Shown: positions 10,542 through 20,374 of the stretch, in pieces
How the letters are laid out: every line of letters starts with the position of its first letter
Numbering within the stretch: position 1 is the stretch's first letter
From: Nanobdellati archaeon
GTDB taxonomy: Archaea; EX4484-52; GLR71
Assembly: GCA_019429125.1 (NCBI GenBank)
Contig: JAHYJO010000008.1
Span: 1-54,514, forward strand
Direction of reading: 5' to 3'
DNA length: 54,514 bases
The notes under the pieces: generated by a model
Databases searched by the model: none
Told to the model about the DNA's origin: nothing
What the model saw: the letters and a program-made list of their open reading frames with translations, nothing else
Position numbers and translations under genes: made by a program

Positions 10542-10898
10542 ATGAGTGAGCAATATATTCTTTTAGTTATGCCTTATGAGGCACATAAACCGTGTGAGAT
10601 TAAAGGAGCCTTAGACTTTATATCAAATACAGGTACATTAGGACAAATAACAGACGGAACAATAATTGAAAATAATCTTGATCTGTATTTCCCCAATAAA
10701 AAAGAATACAAAACCACAAGAGATGCATTCTTAGAAATCATAAAAAATTTACCAGAAACACATAATAGCAGAAAAAATGATTATCATTTCTTCAAAGCAA
10801 CAATTTTAGATATGGATATATTTAAAAAAAACCTTTCATCAATCCAGAACATGTATCCCAACATAGTATATAGATACATAGTAGATAATGGCCAATAA
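10542..10898 (+). CDS. Hypothetical protein
   Basis: 118-aa ORF with TATA-like TTTATAAA ~25 bp upstream; no recognised motif. Confidence 0.6.
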   Translation: MSEQYILLVMPYEAHKPCEIKGALDFISNTGTLGQITDGTIIENNLDLYFPNKKEYKTTRDAFLEIIKNLPETHNSRKNDYHFFKATILDMDIFKKNLSSIQNMYPNIVYRYIVDNGQ

Positions 10899-11180
10899 AA
10901 TACAATTAATTCTATGTTTTAAACCCAAAAAAAACTGTGATATCCTAAAAAAATTTAGCCAAAGTTTTAATAATGAAAATGTTTAATTATATATAGTAAA
11001 CTCAATCATAAAAGGATGACATTTTTGGTTAATTCTGTAATAAACGATAACATGAACCCTAAAGATATCTATCATATTTATGGTGTTAGCGAACGAAGAG
11101 TTTAACAGCTATAGTCGAAACCCACCAGTTAAAAATTGAAAAATTAGGCTTAACAGAGGATAATCTATATTTATATGTTT

Positions 11181-11541
11181 TAAAAAAAGACATATTATCT
11201 GAAAAGCAGGTACAAGACTTAAATATATACAAAATATCTTCAATAAAAACAATTCAACAGGAGTCCAGCAGATACTTGACTCAGCAGTGTTTGATTTCCT
11301 TAAATACATTGCAGTTTTCCTGCATTGCATGAACAACCTTTCAGACAACAAAGGAAATGTACTTCCTGACTATTTTTTAATGCCACCAAAATCAACAGCA
11401 AAAAAGTTCGCATTTGCAATACATACAGATTTCGGTAAACATTTCCTCTATGCTATGGACATCAAAAAGAAAATCAGAATTTCAGGAGACCACAAACTTG
11501 AACATTATGATATTGTCGAGATAATTAATGTTACAAAATAA
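11181..11541 (+). pseudogene. ychF: Degraded duplicate of the ychF 3' end (TGS domain)
   Basis: High identity to 10133-10494 with substitutions and an indel; no N-terminal part. Confidence 0.88.
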
Positions 11542-11606
11542 TTACCCAAAAGCTTTTTAAAGAATATATATCTTTAATGTTATATATTTTTAAGGAGATT
11601 TTAAAT

Positions 11607-11813
11607 ATGGGAATTGTAGGATACGAAAAAGGAAAAATAATATATGGCAAGACTGAAAATGAATCAGGAGACCCTAACAAGACACTCTGTCACGAATGCA
11701 ACAATGAAGTCAAGATGGAAAGATCACAATCAAACAGATTTTGCCCGATATGCGGTGCTGTTTTCAAGAATTTAAGAATTGTAAATATAAAAGAGCACAC
11801 TGATCAAAGTTAA
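11607..11813 (+). CDS. Small Zn-ribbon protein
   Basis: CHEC...CPIC; GGAG SD upstream of ATG 11607. Confidence 0.65.
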   Translation: MGIVGYEKGKIIYGKTENESGDPNKTLCHECNNEVKMERSQSNRFCPICGAVFKNLRIVNIKEHTDQS

Positions 11814-11843
11814 AATAAAAATTTTAAAAAAAGAGAAAAAACC

Positions 11844-12161
11844 TCAATTAGTATCAGTTATAGAACTATCAAAATACTTACCTACACGATACCTATCTTT
11901 AAGTTCTGCAAGTTTACCTTTATTCCAATTGCTGACTATTGAAAAATAACCAGTGATTCTTGTTATCTGATCAACATCTCGACCCTGAACACTTTGAGCA
12001 ACAATCGTATCAACTGAATTTTTCTTAAGAGCATCAAGTGTCACAAAGATAGTATTATCAAAATTATTGTTTTTGACAAACACTCCTTTTTCTCCATCTC
12101 TTGTTATTTCAAGGCTCCTATCCCTTGCAAGATTTTCCAACTGCGTCTCGATTTCATACAT
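11844..12161 (-). CDS. Stand-alone glycyl-radical domain of class III ribonucleotide reductase (NrdD C-terminus-like)
   Basis: ITRITGYFS..SNWNKGKLAELKDR matches the NrdD glycyl-radical motif; GGTG SD. Confidence 0.8.
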   Translation of the reverse strand: MYEIETQLENLARDRSLEITRDGEKGVFVKNNNFDNTIFVTLDALKKNSVDTIVAQSVQGRDVDQITRITGYFSIVSNWNKGKLAELKDRYRVGKYFDSSITDTN

Positions 12162-12223
12162 AATATAACACCTTTATATTTAATACGTTTTTACCCTTTA
12201 TATACATTTATATAGTCTACACA

Positions 12224-13993
12224 TCACTTTGAATAATATTTATCCTTATGCTTTTGATTAACATCTTTTTGCGACCCCGGCTTATTTGCGCGTGGCCTTC
12301 CGCTTTCTGCATCTTTCCTGAAAGTTATATCTAAATCCTTAAGAAAATCATTCATACCTTTTTCAAGTGTCTGTGGACTTTTAGCCCGCCCAGAAATGCC
12401 AGATTCACCAAGGAAAAGCACAGTCCTGTCTGAGACATAATCTAAAAGCAGTATATCATGATCAATTATCATGCATGTCTTTTTACCATTTTCAATAAAC
12501 CTACGTATCATCTTTGAGAACTTGACCCTCTGTTCAACATCAAGATACGCAGACGGTTCATCAAGCAATACAAATCCAGATTCTTTAGAGAGAGCGACAG
12601 CGATTGCAACTCTTTGAAGCTCACCACCACTAAGTTTAGATACATTATTGTCAAGTATGCCATCAAGATCAAGCGGATGAAGTATCTCTTTATTGTATTC
12701 CGTAGTGCCGAAATATTTTGATACCGACGCCAATAGTTCAGCCACAGACCCAGTAAAATCAGAAACTAGGTATTGTGGTTTGTAAGAAATTGTGATTTTA
12801 GTATCAAGCTTACAGTTATCGGGTTTTATTTCACCAGACAGAATCTTTGCAAAAGTAGTCTTACCAAGCGCATTTGCTCCGAAAACACCTAATATCTCAC
12901 CAGAGTATATAAATCCTGCCTTGATATCTGCTGTAAATTCACCCATCTTTTTAATAATGTCAGGATATTCAATCACCTTCACAGCACTCTTAAATACCTG
13001 ACCATACCCACGAAGTGATATTGACTCATTACGAAACCTTATATTCTCTTCCCTTATGAATCCCTCAAGATACATGTTAATGCCACGACGTGTACTGTAA
13101 AGCTTAGATATGACACCATACACACCCGCATGACCATATACAATATGAACATTATCGGCCAAAAGGTCCAATGTTGCAAGATCGTGTTCCACAACCATGA
13201 TAGCCTTACCTTCAGCTGCAAATTCCCTTATAGTCCTTGCAACTGCAAGCCTCTGCTTTGCATCAAGAAATGATGACGGCTCATCAAAATAATATACATC
13301 CGCATCTTTAAGCATTGTCTGTGCGATTGCAAGCCTTTGCAGTTCACCACCGCTCAATTTATTTATATCCCTATCAAGAATTTTAATAAGATTAAGTTTT
13401 TCAATTATCTCATCAAACTTTCCACGTTCATCTTTCAGGAGATCTCGAACTTTACCTTTGACTATGTGAGGTATAGAATCCACCTGTTGCGGTTTATATA
13501 CAGTCTTCATCTTTCCAGAAAAAAGATCAACAAGATAATTCTGAAGTTCAGTACCCCTAAACTTCTTGATGACATCAGTTTCAGATGGAGATATATCAAA
13601 ATTACCCAAATTTGGTCTAATACTACCTGAAAGAATCTGAAGTGCTGTAGTTTTACCTATTCCATTTGCGCCCAAAAGACCAATTACTTCACCTTTCTTA
13701 AGCACAGGAAGGCCATATAAACGGAATGTATTCTTTCCAAACTGGTGGACCATATCTGTAAGTTCATGCGCAAGATTTATGACCGTAAGCGCCTTAAACT
13801 GACATTTTTTAGTACAGATACCGCAACCAATGCAGAGATCCTCATTTATGATTATTTTCTCTTCATCAGCAAGTATTGTCTCGTCCCCAGACCTGACGCC
13901 CGGACAGAATCTGATACAGGGTTTATCGCATTCGTTAAACCTGCATTTTTTTCGATCAATAACTGCAATCCTTGATGTCGGCATAATAATCAC
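12224..13993 (-). CDS. rli: Ribosome recycling ATPase ABCE1/RLI
   Basis: N-terminal Fe-S cysteines (CIGCGICTKKC), two ABC domains with LSGGELQR, C-terminal GRPRANKPGS. Confidence 0.96.
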   Translation of the reverse strand: MIIMPTSRIAVIDRKKCRFNECDKPCIRFCPGVRSGDETILADEEKIIINEDLCIGCGICTKKCQFKALTVINLAHELTDMVHQFGKNTFRLYGLPVLKKGEVIGLLGANGIGKTTALQILSGSIRPNLGNFDISPSETDVIKKFRGTELQNYLVDLFSGKMKTVYKPQQVDSIPHIVKGKVRDLLKDERGKFDEIIEKLNLIKILDRDINKLSGGELQRLAIAQTMLKDADVYYFDEPSSFLDAKQRLAVARTIREFAAEGKAIMVVEHDLATLDLLADNVHIVYGHAGVYGVISKLYSTRRGINMYLEGFIREENIRFRNESISLRGYGQVFKSAVKVIEYPDIIKKMGEFTADIKAGFIYSGEILGVFGANALGKTTFAKILSGEIKPDNCKLDTKITISYKPQYLVSDFTGSVAELLASVSKYFGTTEYNKEILHPLDLDGILDNNVSKLSGGELQRVAIAVALSKESGFVLLDEPSAYLDVEQRVKFSKMIRRFIENGKKTCMIIDHDILLLDYVSDRTVLFLGESGISGRAKSPQTLEKGMNDFLKDLDITFRKDAESGRPRANKPGSQKDVNQKHKDKYYSK

Positions 13994-14190
13994 TCACTCA
14001 TTTATATATGTACATTAAAATATCCTCGATAAGATTTTATAAGTTTTGGGTATTTTATAAGATTTTATACAGATATCATAATTAAAAATTCCACATTGAA
14101 ACAGATTTATACTTAAACAATCAGGGACGTACTTGATTATTTCAAAGACTATATCAAAGTGCCAGATAAGATATGTACATACTAGCCTAC

Positions 14191-14285
14191 AGGAATTACA
14201 TAAAAAATTAACAAAAATTGCTCAAAATTGACTTCTGTCAAATAGGTTTTCAGAATGAAATAGAGATTAAACTGTCAAACTTAGG
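14191..14285. repeat. Dispersed repeat family C (probable IS end, ...CTGTCAAA...AACTGTCAAACTTAGG)
   Basis: Near-identical to 47847-47900 and, in reverse orientation, 54224-54320. Confidence 0.8.
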
Positions 14286-14306
14286 TTAAAAAAATAAAAT
14301 TAATAA

Positions 14307-14980
14307 TTATGCAGGTACCCTTTGGCCTTGTTGATTGCCAATATCTTTTATTACTATAATTTTGTTAAATTCCTCAAAAACCTCATTAGACACTTTTCCT
14401 AAAGGTCCAAAATATACCTCAACACCTGTTAATAAAGGTTTAATTGCATCTAGATTACCACAAACTACATTTAATAGAGCTTCAAAAAAAGTTTTATCAA
14501 CTAAATTTTCATAACCTATATTTCTTATTGTTTCAATATTTAAAGGAACATCAATACCTGAAACAACAATCTCTGGATTTTTTATATATCTCTTATAGAA
14601 AATAATATTCGTCCCATATTATTTACATTACCAGAGTTTGCTTGAGCTAAAGCCATCTTCAATTCGTGGTGTATCCAACCAGTATAATCAAACACATTTT
14701 CTTTTTTATCAGAACTGATTATATTTCCATAAATCAGTTTTATATCAAACAGACCCCCATAAACTTCAAATCCTTTTTTTTCAATTCTATCGTAAACATC
14801 AGGAACTAAACCGTCTGCATATTTAATTAAACGACATAATGGATGAATAATTCCAGATAAATCACCACTCTCAACAGAATTTGAATCAACACCACGAAAA
14901 ACATTACTCAATTCACGGTTAAACCAAGGACCATAATCTCTTGGTTTTAGAATTTCTTCTAAATCATTCCCATGACCCAT
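14307..14980 (-). pseudogene. Frameshifted hypothetical gene (~220 aa if repaired)
   Basis: 132-aa ORF stops at an A6/TA tract (14578-14588); ~90 stop-free codons (NPEIVVSGIDV...QRVPA*) follow in a shifted frame. Confidence 0.6.
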
Positions 14981-15117
14981 TTTAAACCACCAATTACGAA
15001 ATATTAATCATATAATTATATATATATCTCTAAAAATAACCACTCTTAAATCACACATAAATATACAAAACAAAAAGATATATAAACTTTAATCCCCATA
15101 TACATATTTGTTTTCTT

Positions 15118-15462
15118 ATGGGATGGAAAGGCGCACCAAAACATGTATGTAAAGAAAAGACAAAGGCAGGACTAGTCTTCTGTTGCCCGAATAAAAAAAA
15201 CTGCCCTTCAAGAAATGATTGCTTGAAACAATACGGCATATCAGACGATGTATATCACAAGATAAAAGAATCTTTTGAATCAGAATTTGAAAAAGAAAAA
15301 GACTTAGATGTCTGTTACGGTTCACTTGTCTGGTGCTGCAAAAATACAAGACTATGCCCCCGACGAGATCGCGCACTACAAAAGATAGGTATGAATTTCA
15401 AAGAATACATGGCACTGAAAAAGAAAATGTCGCTAGAATTCGAAAAGATAGACAACAATTAA
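15118..15462 (+). CDS. Methanogenesis marker 9 domain protein (Cys-rich)
   Basis: MGW..AP.HVC, GLVFCCP..K.CP, CYGSLVWCCK...CP.RD, EYMALKK pattern. Confidence 0.85.
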   Translation: MGWKGAPKHVCKEKTKAGLVFCCPNKKNCPSRNDCLKQYGISDDVYHKIKESFESEFEKEKDLDVCYGSLVWCCKNTRLCPRRDRALQKIGMNFKEYMALKKKMSLEFEKIDNN

Positions 15463-15468
15463 CTCCAC

Positions 15469-15511
<43 letters not shown>

Positions 15512-15517
15512 TAGGTC

Positions 15518-15935
15518 TTAAAGACCAGCTTCCGTTCTTAAAGACTCAGAGATGTCTATATTTTCCCAAATGAAATCATAGTCATCCCTGCCAAAATGAC
15601 CATAATCTGCAGTCTTTTCATACACAGACCTCAAACGCTTAAGATGACTGATTATAGCTTTAAGCCTAAGATAAAAATATTTCTTGATAAGTTCCACAAT
15701 CTCATCCTCTATAATTTTACCAGTACCTAATGTATTGACTAAAATATATACAGGCTGAGTAACACCAACTATATAGGTAATCTGCACTTCGCACTTATCA
15801 GACAATTCCGCTGCCACAATATTTTTTGATATGTAACGAGCAATGTAAGAACCCGACCTCTCAACTTGCGAATAATCTTTGCCTTAGAAATACCAACCAA
15901 CCTGACCCCCTCACCACTATAAGTATCAATAATTT
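15518..15935 (-). pseudogene. metK: Remnant of a bacterial/eukaryal-type S-adenosylmethionine synthetase (C-terminal third)
   Basis: KIIDTYSG, degraded GKD.S.V.RS.SYIARY..KNIVAA, CEVQI.Y..G, YEKTADYGHFGR; frameshift and missing N-terminus. Confidence 0.85.
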
Positions 15936-16039
15936 TTAGTTTAGAATTTAAAAAATATATAAATCAAAGATAAAAATATATAACACCAACAAGCTAAAGT
16001 ATAAACTAATTACAATATTAAACTAATTACAACCAAAAG

Positions 16040-17707
16040 ATGATACTTATGGCAGACATAAAAGCCCGAACAAGAGAACTAGCACTCTTAAACGCAAAAA
16101 AGTTTGAAGGAAAAGCCAACCCTAAAGCGCTCTTAGGCGCACTTCTTGCAGAATTCCCAGATTACAGAAAAAACATAAAAGGTCTTCAAGAGATAATAAA
16201 CACAATCACAAACGAAATAAACAGCATGACAATCGCCGAACAAGAAAGGGCAATCTCAAAAGAACAGATAACCGACAGACCAAAAAAAGAGAAACGGACA
16301 GGTCTTCCCGAATTGAAAAATGCAGTCAAAGGACAAGTAGTCATGCGCATGGAACCCTCACCATCAGGACCATTACACATTGGTCACGCATTTCCATTAA
16401 TCCTAAATTCAGAATACTGCCGTATGTACGACGGAAAGATGATATTACGGATTTCAGACACAAATGCAAACAATATCTACACTCCTGCATACAAGATGAT
16501 TGAAGAAGATGCAAGATGGCTCACAAACAACAAGATAGACAGCGTCATAATCCAGTCAGATAGAATGGAACTGTACTACAGGACCATGAGAAAACTAATT
16601 GAAAAAAATCACGCCTATGTCTGCACCTGCAAACCTGAAGATTTCAAGAAATTAACAGATGCAAAGACTGTCTGCCCATGCAGAAACCAAACTACAGAAA
16701 AAAACATGAAAAGATGGCAATTGATGTTTAAAGGATACAAAGAAGGCGAAGCAGTAGTACGAATCAAGACAGACATCAAACACAAGAATCCCGCAGTCCG
16801 TGATTGGCCAGCCGCAAGGATAAATGACGAACCGCACCCAAGGACAAAAAATAAATACCGGGTATGGCCACTTATGAATTTTGCAGTCGCAGTTGATGAC
16901 CACGACCTTGGGCTCACACACATAATAAAAGGAAAAGATCACATAACAAACACAGAACGCCAGATGTACATGTATGATTACCTTAACTGGAAACACCCCG
17001 AATTCATCCACATAGGCAGGATAAACTTCAAAGATTTTATAGTCAGCACATCACAGACAAGAAAAGCTATAGACGAAAAAATCTACGAAGGCTGGGATGA
17101 TGTCAGGATACCTTTCATACGCGCACTTAAACGTCGAGGTTTCCAACCAGAAGCTATACAGAAAATCGTGATAGAAACAGGTCCCAGCAAGACCGACAAG
17201 ACTGTTGAGATTACAGACTTCTTCAAGACAATTGAAAAATTCAATCGAGATATAATAGACTCTACCTCACACCGACTGTTCTTTGTAGAAAACCCAACAG
17301 AAATAATCCTCAAAGACGTAAACAAAACAATTGAAATAGAAAATCACCCTGACAACAAAACTCTTGGAACAAGAAAAATAGAAGTCAAAGAAATAATCGC
17401 AATCGCACAAGAGGACTACAACACCTTAAAAAAACGCCCAGTAAGATTACGAAAGCTTGCCGACGGAATCTTGGACAAAAACTTCAAGACACAAGACTTA
17501 AAAAATCAAAGACCACAAGTCATCCAATGGGTGCCTAACTCAAGCCCAAAAGCAACCATCCAAACCCCTAATGGAAATACAATGACAGGTCTTGTAGAAA
17601 AAGATGCACAGAAATTAAAAGAGGGAGACATCATCCAGTTTGAACGGGTAGGTTTCTGTCGCCTAGACAAAAAGAACCCATTAATATTTTGTTTCACACA
17701 CAAATAA
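16040..17707 (+). CDS. gltX: Glutamyl-tRNA synthetase, archaeal
   Basis: RMEPSPSGPLHIGH, VWPLMNFA.AVDDH, KGKDH, IQFERVGFCRLD. Confidence 0.96.
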   Translation: MILMADIKARTRELALLNAKKFEGKANPKALLGALLAEFPDYRKNIKGLQEIINTITNEINSMTIAEQERAISKEQITDRPKKEKRTGLPELKNAVKGQVVMRMEPSPSGPLHIGHAFPLILNSEYCRMYDGKMILRISDTNANNIYTPAYKMIEEDARWLTNNKIDSVIIQSDRMELYYRTMRKLIEKNHAYVCTCKPEDFKKLTDAKTVCPCRNQTTEKNMKRWQLMFKGYKEGEAVVRIKTDIKHKNPAVRDWPAARINDEPHPRTKNKYRVWPLMNFAVAVDDHDLGLTHIIKGKDHITNTERQMYMYDYLNWKHPEFIHIGRINFKDFIVSTSQTRKAIDEKIYEGWDDVRIPFIRALKRRGFQPEAIQKIVIETGPSKTDKTVEITDFFKTIEKFNRDIIDSTSHRLFFVENPTEIILKDVNKTIEIENHPDNKTLGTRKIEVKEIIAIAQEDYNTLKKRPVRLRKLADGILDKNFKTQDLKNQRPQVIQWVPNSSPKATIQTPNGNTMTGLVEKDAQKLKEGDIIQFERVGFCRLDKKNPLIFCFTHK

Positions 17708-17818
17708 ATACCAAACCCCCACCCAAAGCTTTTTAAACTTTTAGATATTAACTTTCTACATATTAATTACTTTGAGGCATGTTCTCAAAAAATAAAAATA
17801 TACGAACGGTGTCATAAT

Positions 17819-18121
17819 ATGAAACTTCCGGAAGAGATTAAAAGATTTTGCCCATCCTGTAACGGCCACAATGTGCACAAGATAAAAAGGGTAAAGACAG
17901 CAGGTCGTGCAAAAGCTAGCCTGAAAAGACGAGATAGACACATCCGTGAAAAACTACACAAAGGATATGGTGGCAGTCCAAAACCGCTTCCTGCAAACAG
18001 TAATAGATATGGTGCAAAGACAAGCCAAAAAATCATGATAAAATTCACATGCACAAAATGCAACAAAGCACACCAGAGTACAGATCCAAAAAGATCAAAG
18101 AAATTCGAGATTACAAAATAA
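17819..18121 (+). CDS. rpl44e: 50S ribosomal protein L44e
   Basis: FCPSC..H..H, GYGG, K.S.K..IKFTCTKC. Confidence 0.93.
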   Translation: MKLPEEIKRFCPSCNGHNVHKIKRVKTAGRAKASLKRRDRHIREKLHKGYGGSPKPLPANSNRYGAKTSQKIMIKFTCTKCNKAHQSTDPKRSKKFEITK

Positions 18122-18134
18122 ATGGTGAATATAT

Positions 18135-18302
18135 ATGGTAGGCACATTCATGAAAGTCAAATGTTCAAAATGCGGCAATGAGCAAAATATCTTCAGCAAA
18201 GCAGCAACTAACGTTAAATGCCTTGTCTGTGAAAGCATACTTGCAGAATCAACAGGTGGAAACGCAAAAATAAAAGCTGAAGTTATTGAAAAGCTTAAAT
18301 AA
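18135..18302 (+). CDS. rps27e: 30S ribosomal protein S27e
   Basis: Hand-translated MVGTFMKVKCSKCGNEQNIFSKAATNVKCLVCESILAESTGG; conserved synteny. Confidence 0.93.
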   Translation: MVGTFMKVKCSKCGNEQNIFSKAATNVKCLVCESILAESTGGNAKIKAEVIEKLK

Positions 18303-18363
18303 CTTTTTTCTTTTTTTTAATATTATAACAGACCATTATTTTAATTAATTTATGTGAATAACT

Positions 18364-19131
18364 ATGCAAAAAGATAAAGACAAACCAAAGGTTGGAGAGA
18401 TAGTAATAGCCGAAGTTATAAACATAAACCCAAACAGTGTCTACGTCCAACTTGACGAATATAACATGAACGGAATGATCCACGTTACAGAACTATCGAC
18501 AAGCTGGGTCAAAGACATACGTAAAATAGCAAAAATAGGACAAAAGATGGTCCTAAAAGTCCTCCCTGCACGAGGAGACGGTAGAATCGCAAGCCTTTCT
18601 TTAAAAAGAGTAAAACCCTCACAAAAACGTGAAAAACTTGAATTCATTAAAAATGAAAAAAGAGCGACAAAAATTTTAGATTCAATAATAGAGACATTAG
18701 AACTAAAGGATAATAAAGACGATATAAAAAAGATAACAGATACACTTATTGAATATTATGAAAGTCTCTACAATGCATTTAGCACAATATCTTCAGAAGG
18801 CATAGATGAAGACATTATCGAAGACTTAAAAGAAAAATGGGCAAAAGAAATAGAAACAATTGCAAAAGAAAAGATAAAACCAAAAATATTGACTATCCGT
18901 GGAAATTTAACTATAAAAATCATAGATTCAAACGGTCTAAAAACATTAAAAAAGGCATTAGATATAAATAATCCAAACATAAAAATAAGTTATATCAGCG
19001 CTCCAAAATACATGATTGAGATTGAAGGCAAAAATTATGCAGACATGGAAAAAGAACTTACAAAAACAGTTGAAGACATCACAAACACAATAAAGACCAA
19101 CAAAGGAACATGTCAATTTGCAAAGGTGTAA
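18364..19131 (+). CDS. eif2a: Translation initiation factor aIF2 alpha
   Basis: S1 domain (LDEY..GMIH.TELS..W, LSLKRV), YISAPKY; synteny. Confidence 0.93.
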   Translation: MQKDKDKPKVGEIVIAEVININPNSVYVQLDEYNMNGMIHVTELSTSWVKDIRKIAKIGQKMVLKVLPARGDGRIASLSLKRVKPSQKREKLEFIKNEKRATKILDSIIETLELKDNKDDIKKITDTLIEYYESLYNAFSTISSEGIDEDIIEDLKEKWAKEIETIAKEKIKPKILTIRGNLTIKIIDSNGLKTLKKALDINNPNIKISYISAPKYMIEIEGKNYADMEKELTKTVEDITNTIKTNKGTCQFAKV

Positions 19132-19137
19132 ATTATT

Positions 19138-19308
19138 ATGTCTATAATACGTCGATGTACATCCTGCAACAAATATACAATGAAAGAGAAATGTCCAGAC
19201 TGTAGTTCAAAAACAATCAACCCAGAACCACCAAAATTTTCACCACAAGACAAATACGGTCGTTACAGACGACAGATGAAGCGCGAGATTGAAATGAAAA
19301 AAGGATAA
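19138..19308 (+). CDS. nop10: H/ACA RNP protein Nop10
   Basis: Hand-translated CTSCNKYTMKEKCPDC..PPKFSPQDKYGRYRR. Confidence 0.93.
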   Translation: MSIIRRCTSCNKYTMKEKCPDCSSKTINPEPPKFSPQDKYGRYRRQMKREIEMKKG

Positions 19309-19315
19309 GATTAAA

Positions 19316-20110
19316 ATGAAAACGACTGAGATAACTATATTAAAAAAACCAGAACTAAATAACCCGATATTCATTGAAGGTTTACCTGGCGTGGGTTATA
19401 TTGGTCGAAACGTGGCAGGCTATCTTATTGACACACTTGAAGCAGAAAAATTCGCAGAATTATATTCATTTCATTTCCCTCCAGTTGCAATGCTTGACTC
19501 AGATAAAAATGGAAAGATGAGCGCTTTAAAAAACGAATTTTACTTTTACAAAGCAAAAAACAAAAATGAAAAAGATATTATTATCCTTATAGGCGACGCA
19601 CAAAGCATGGACCCTATAGGACATTACGAAATAACAAAAGAGATTATAGACTTCATAAAAGAATACAAACCGGAAATGGTAATAACAATTGGTGGTTTTG
19701 CGACAGGAAAACTTGATAATAAAACCAAGACAGTGTTTGGTGCAGCAGTAAAAGATGAAATAATAGCAACATTTGAAAAGAAGGGCATAAAATTCAAAGA
19801 TACAAACATAGGTCAGATCATAGGTGCTTCAGGACTTTTAGTACTAGAAGCTGAAAAAAACAAAATAGACGCAATATGCCTTATGGGTGAAACATCAGGA
19901 ATGCTTTTATCAGATCCAAAAGCGACAGAAAGTGTACTTGAATTCATAACTAAATATTTAAACTTAAAAATTGACATGTCAAAAATTGAAGAAAAAGTCA
20001 AAGAGACAGGCGATGTCATAAAGAAAATTGAATCATTACAGAAAAAAATGACATTACAGAATATGCCAAAACAAAGCACGAATGATGAACATTTAGGATA
20101 CATAGGTTAA
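19316..20110 (+). CDS. PAC2 family proteasome assembly chaperone
   Basis: IEGLPGVG..G, FPP, GDAQ, GGF, IIGASGLL, CLMGET, DPKA. Confidence 0.9.
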   Translation: MKTTEITILKKPELNNPIFIEGLPGVGYIGRNVAGYLIDTLEAEKFAELYSFHFPPVAMLDSDKNGKMSALKNEFYFYKAKNKNEKDIIILIGDAQSMDPIGHYEITKEIIDFIKEYKPEMVITIGGFATGKLDNKTKTVFGAAVKDEIIATFEKKGIKFKDTNIGQIIGASGLLVLEAEKNKIDAICLMGETSGMLLSDPKATESVLEFITKYLNLKIDMSKIEEKVKETGDVIKKIESLQKKMTLQNMPKQSTNDEHLGYIG

Positions 20111-20121
20111 TGGTGAAACAG

Positions 20122-20289
20122 ATGGAACAATACTCAAGATTTGAAAAGGCACGAATCATAAGCGCACGAGCACTTCAGCTTTCAATGGGAGCACCAAGTC
20201 TTCTAAAGAAAGCACCGGGCAATCCTATTGAAGCTGCAAAAGAAGAATATGCAACAGGCATCATCCCAATAACTGTTGTAAGGCATTGA
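20122..20289 (+). CDS. rpoK: RNA polymerase subunit K (Rpo6)
   Basis: Hand-translated YSRFEKARIISARALQLSMGAP...IIPITV; GGTGA SD. Confidence 0.93.
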   Translation: MEQYSRFEKARIISARALQLSMGAPSLLKKAPGNPIEAAKEEYATGIIPITVVRH

Positions 20290-20374
20290 TTTTTTATTCT
20301 TGCAATTTTTTTATTTTTATACCCTCACTTTCTAAATATATATACCACTCACAACAAATTATAACCAGATTACA

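Noticed and set aside
16002-16032. Tandem TAAACTAATTACAA repeat upstream of gltX (similar ATAAGATTTTATA pair near 14030-14070)
   Set aside because: Only two AT-rich units; not a CRISPR array and plausibly a slippage duplication.
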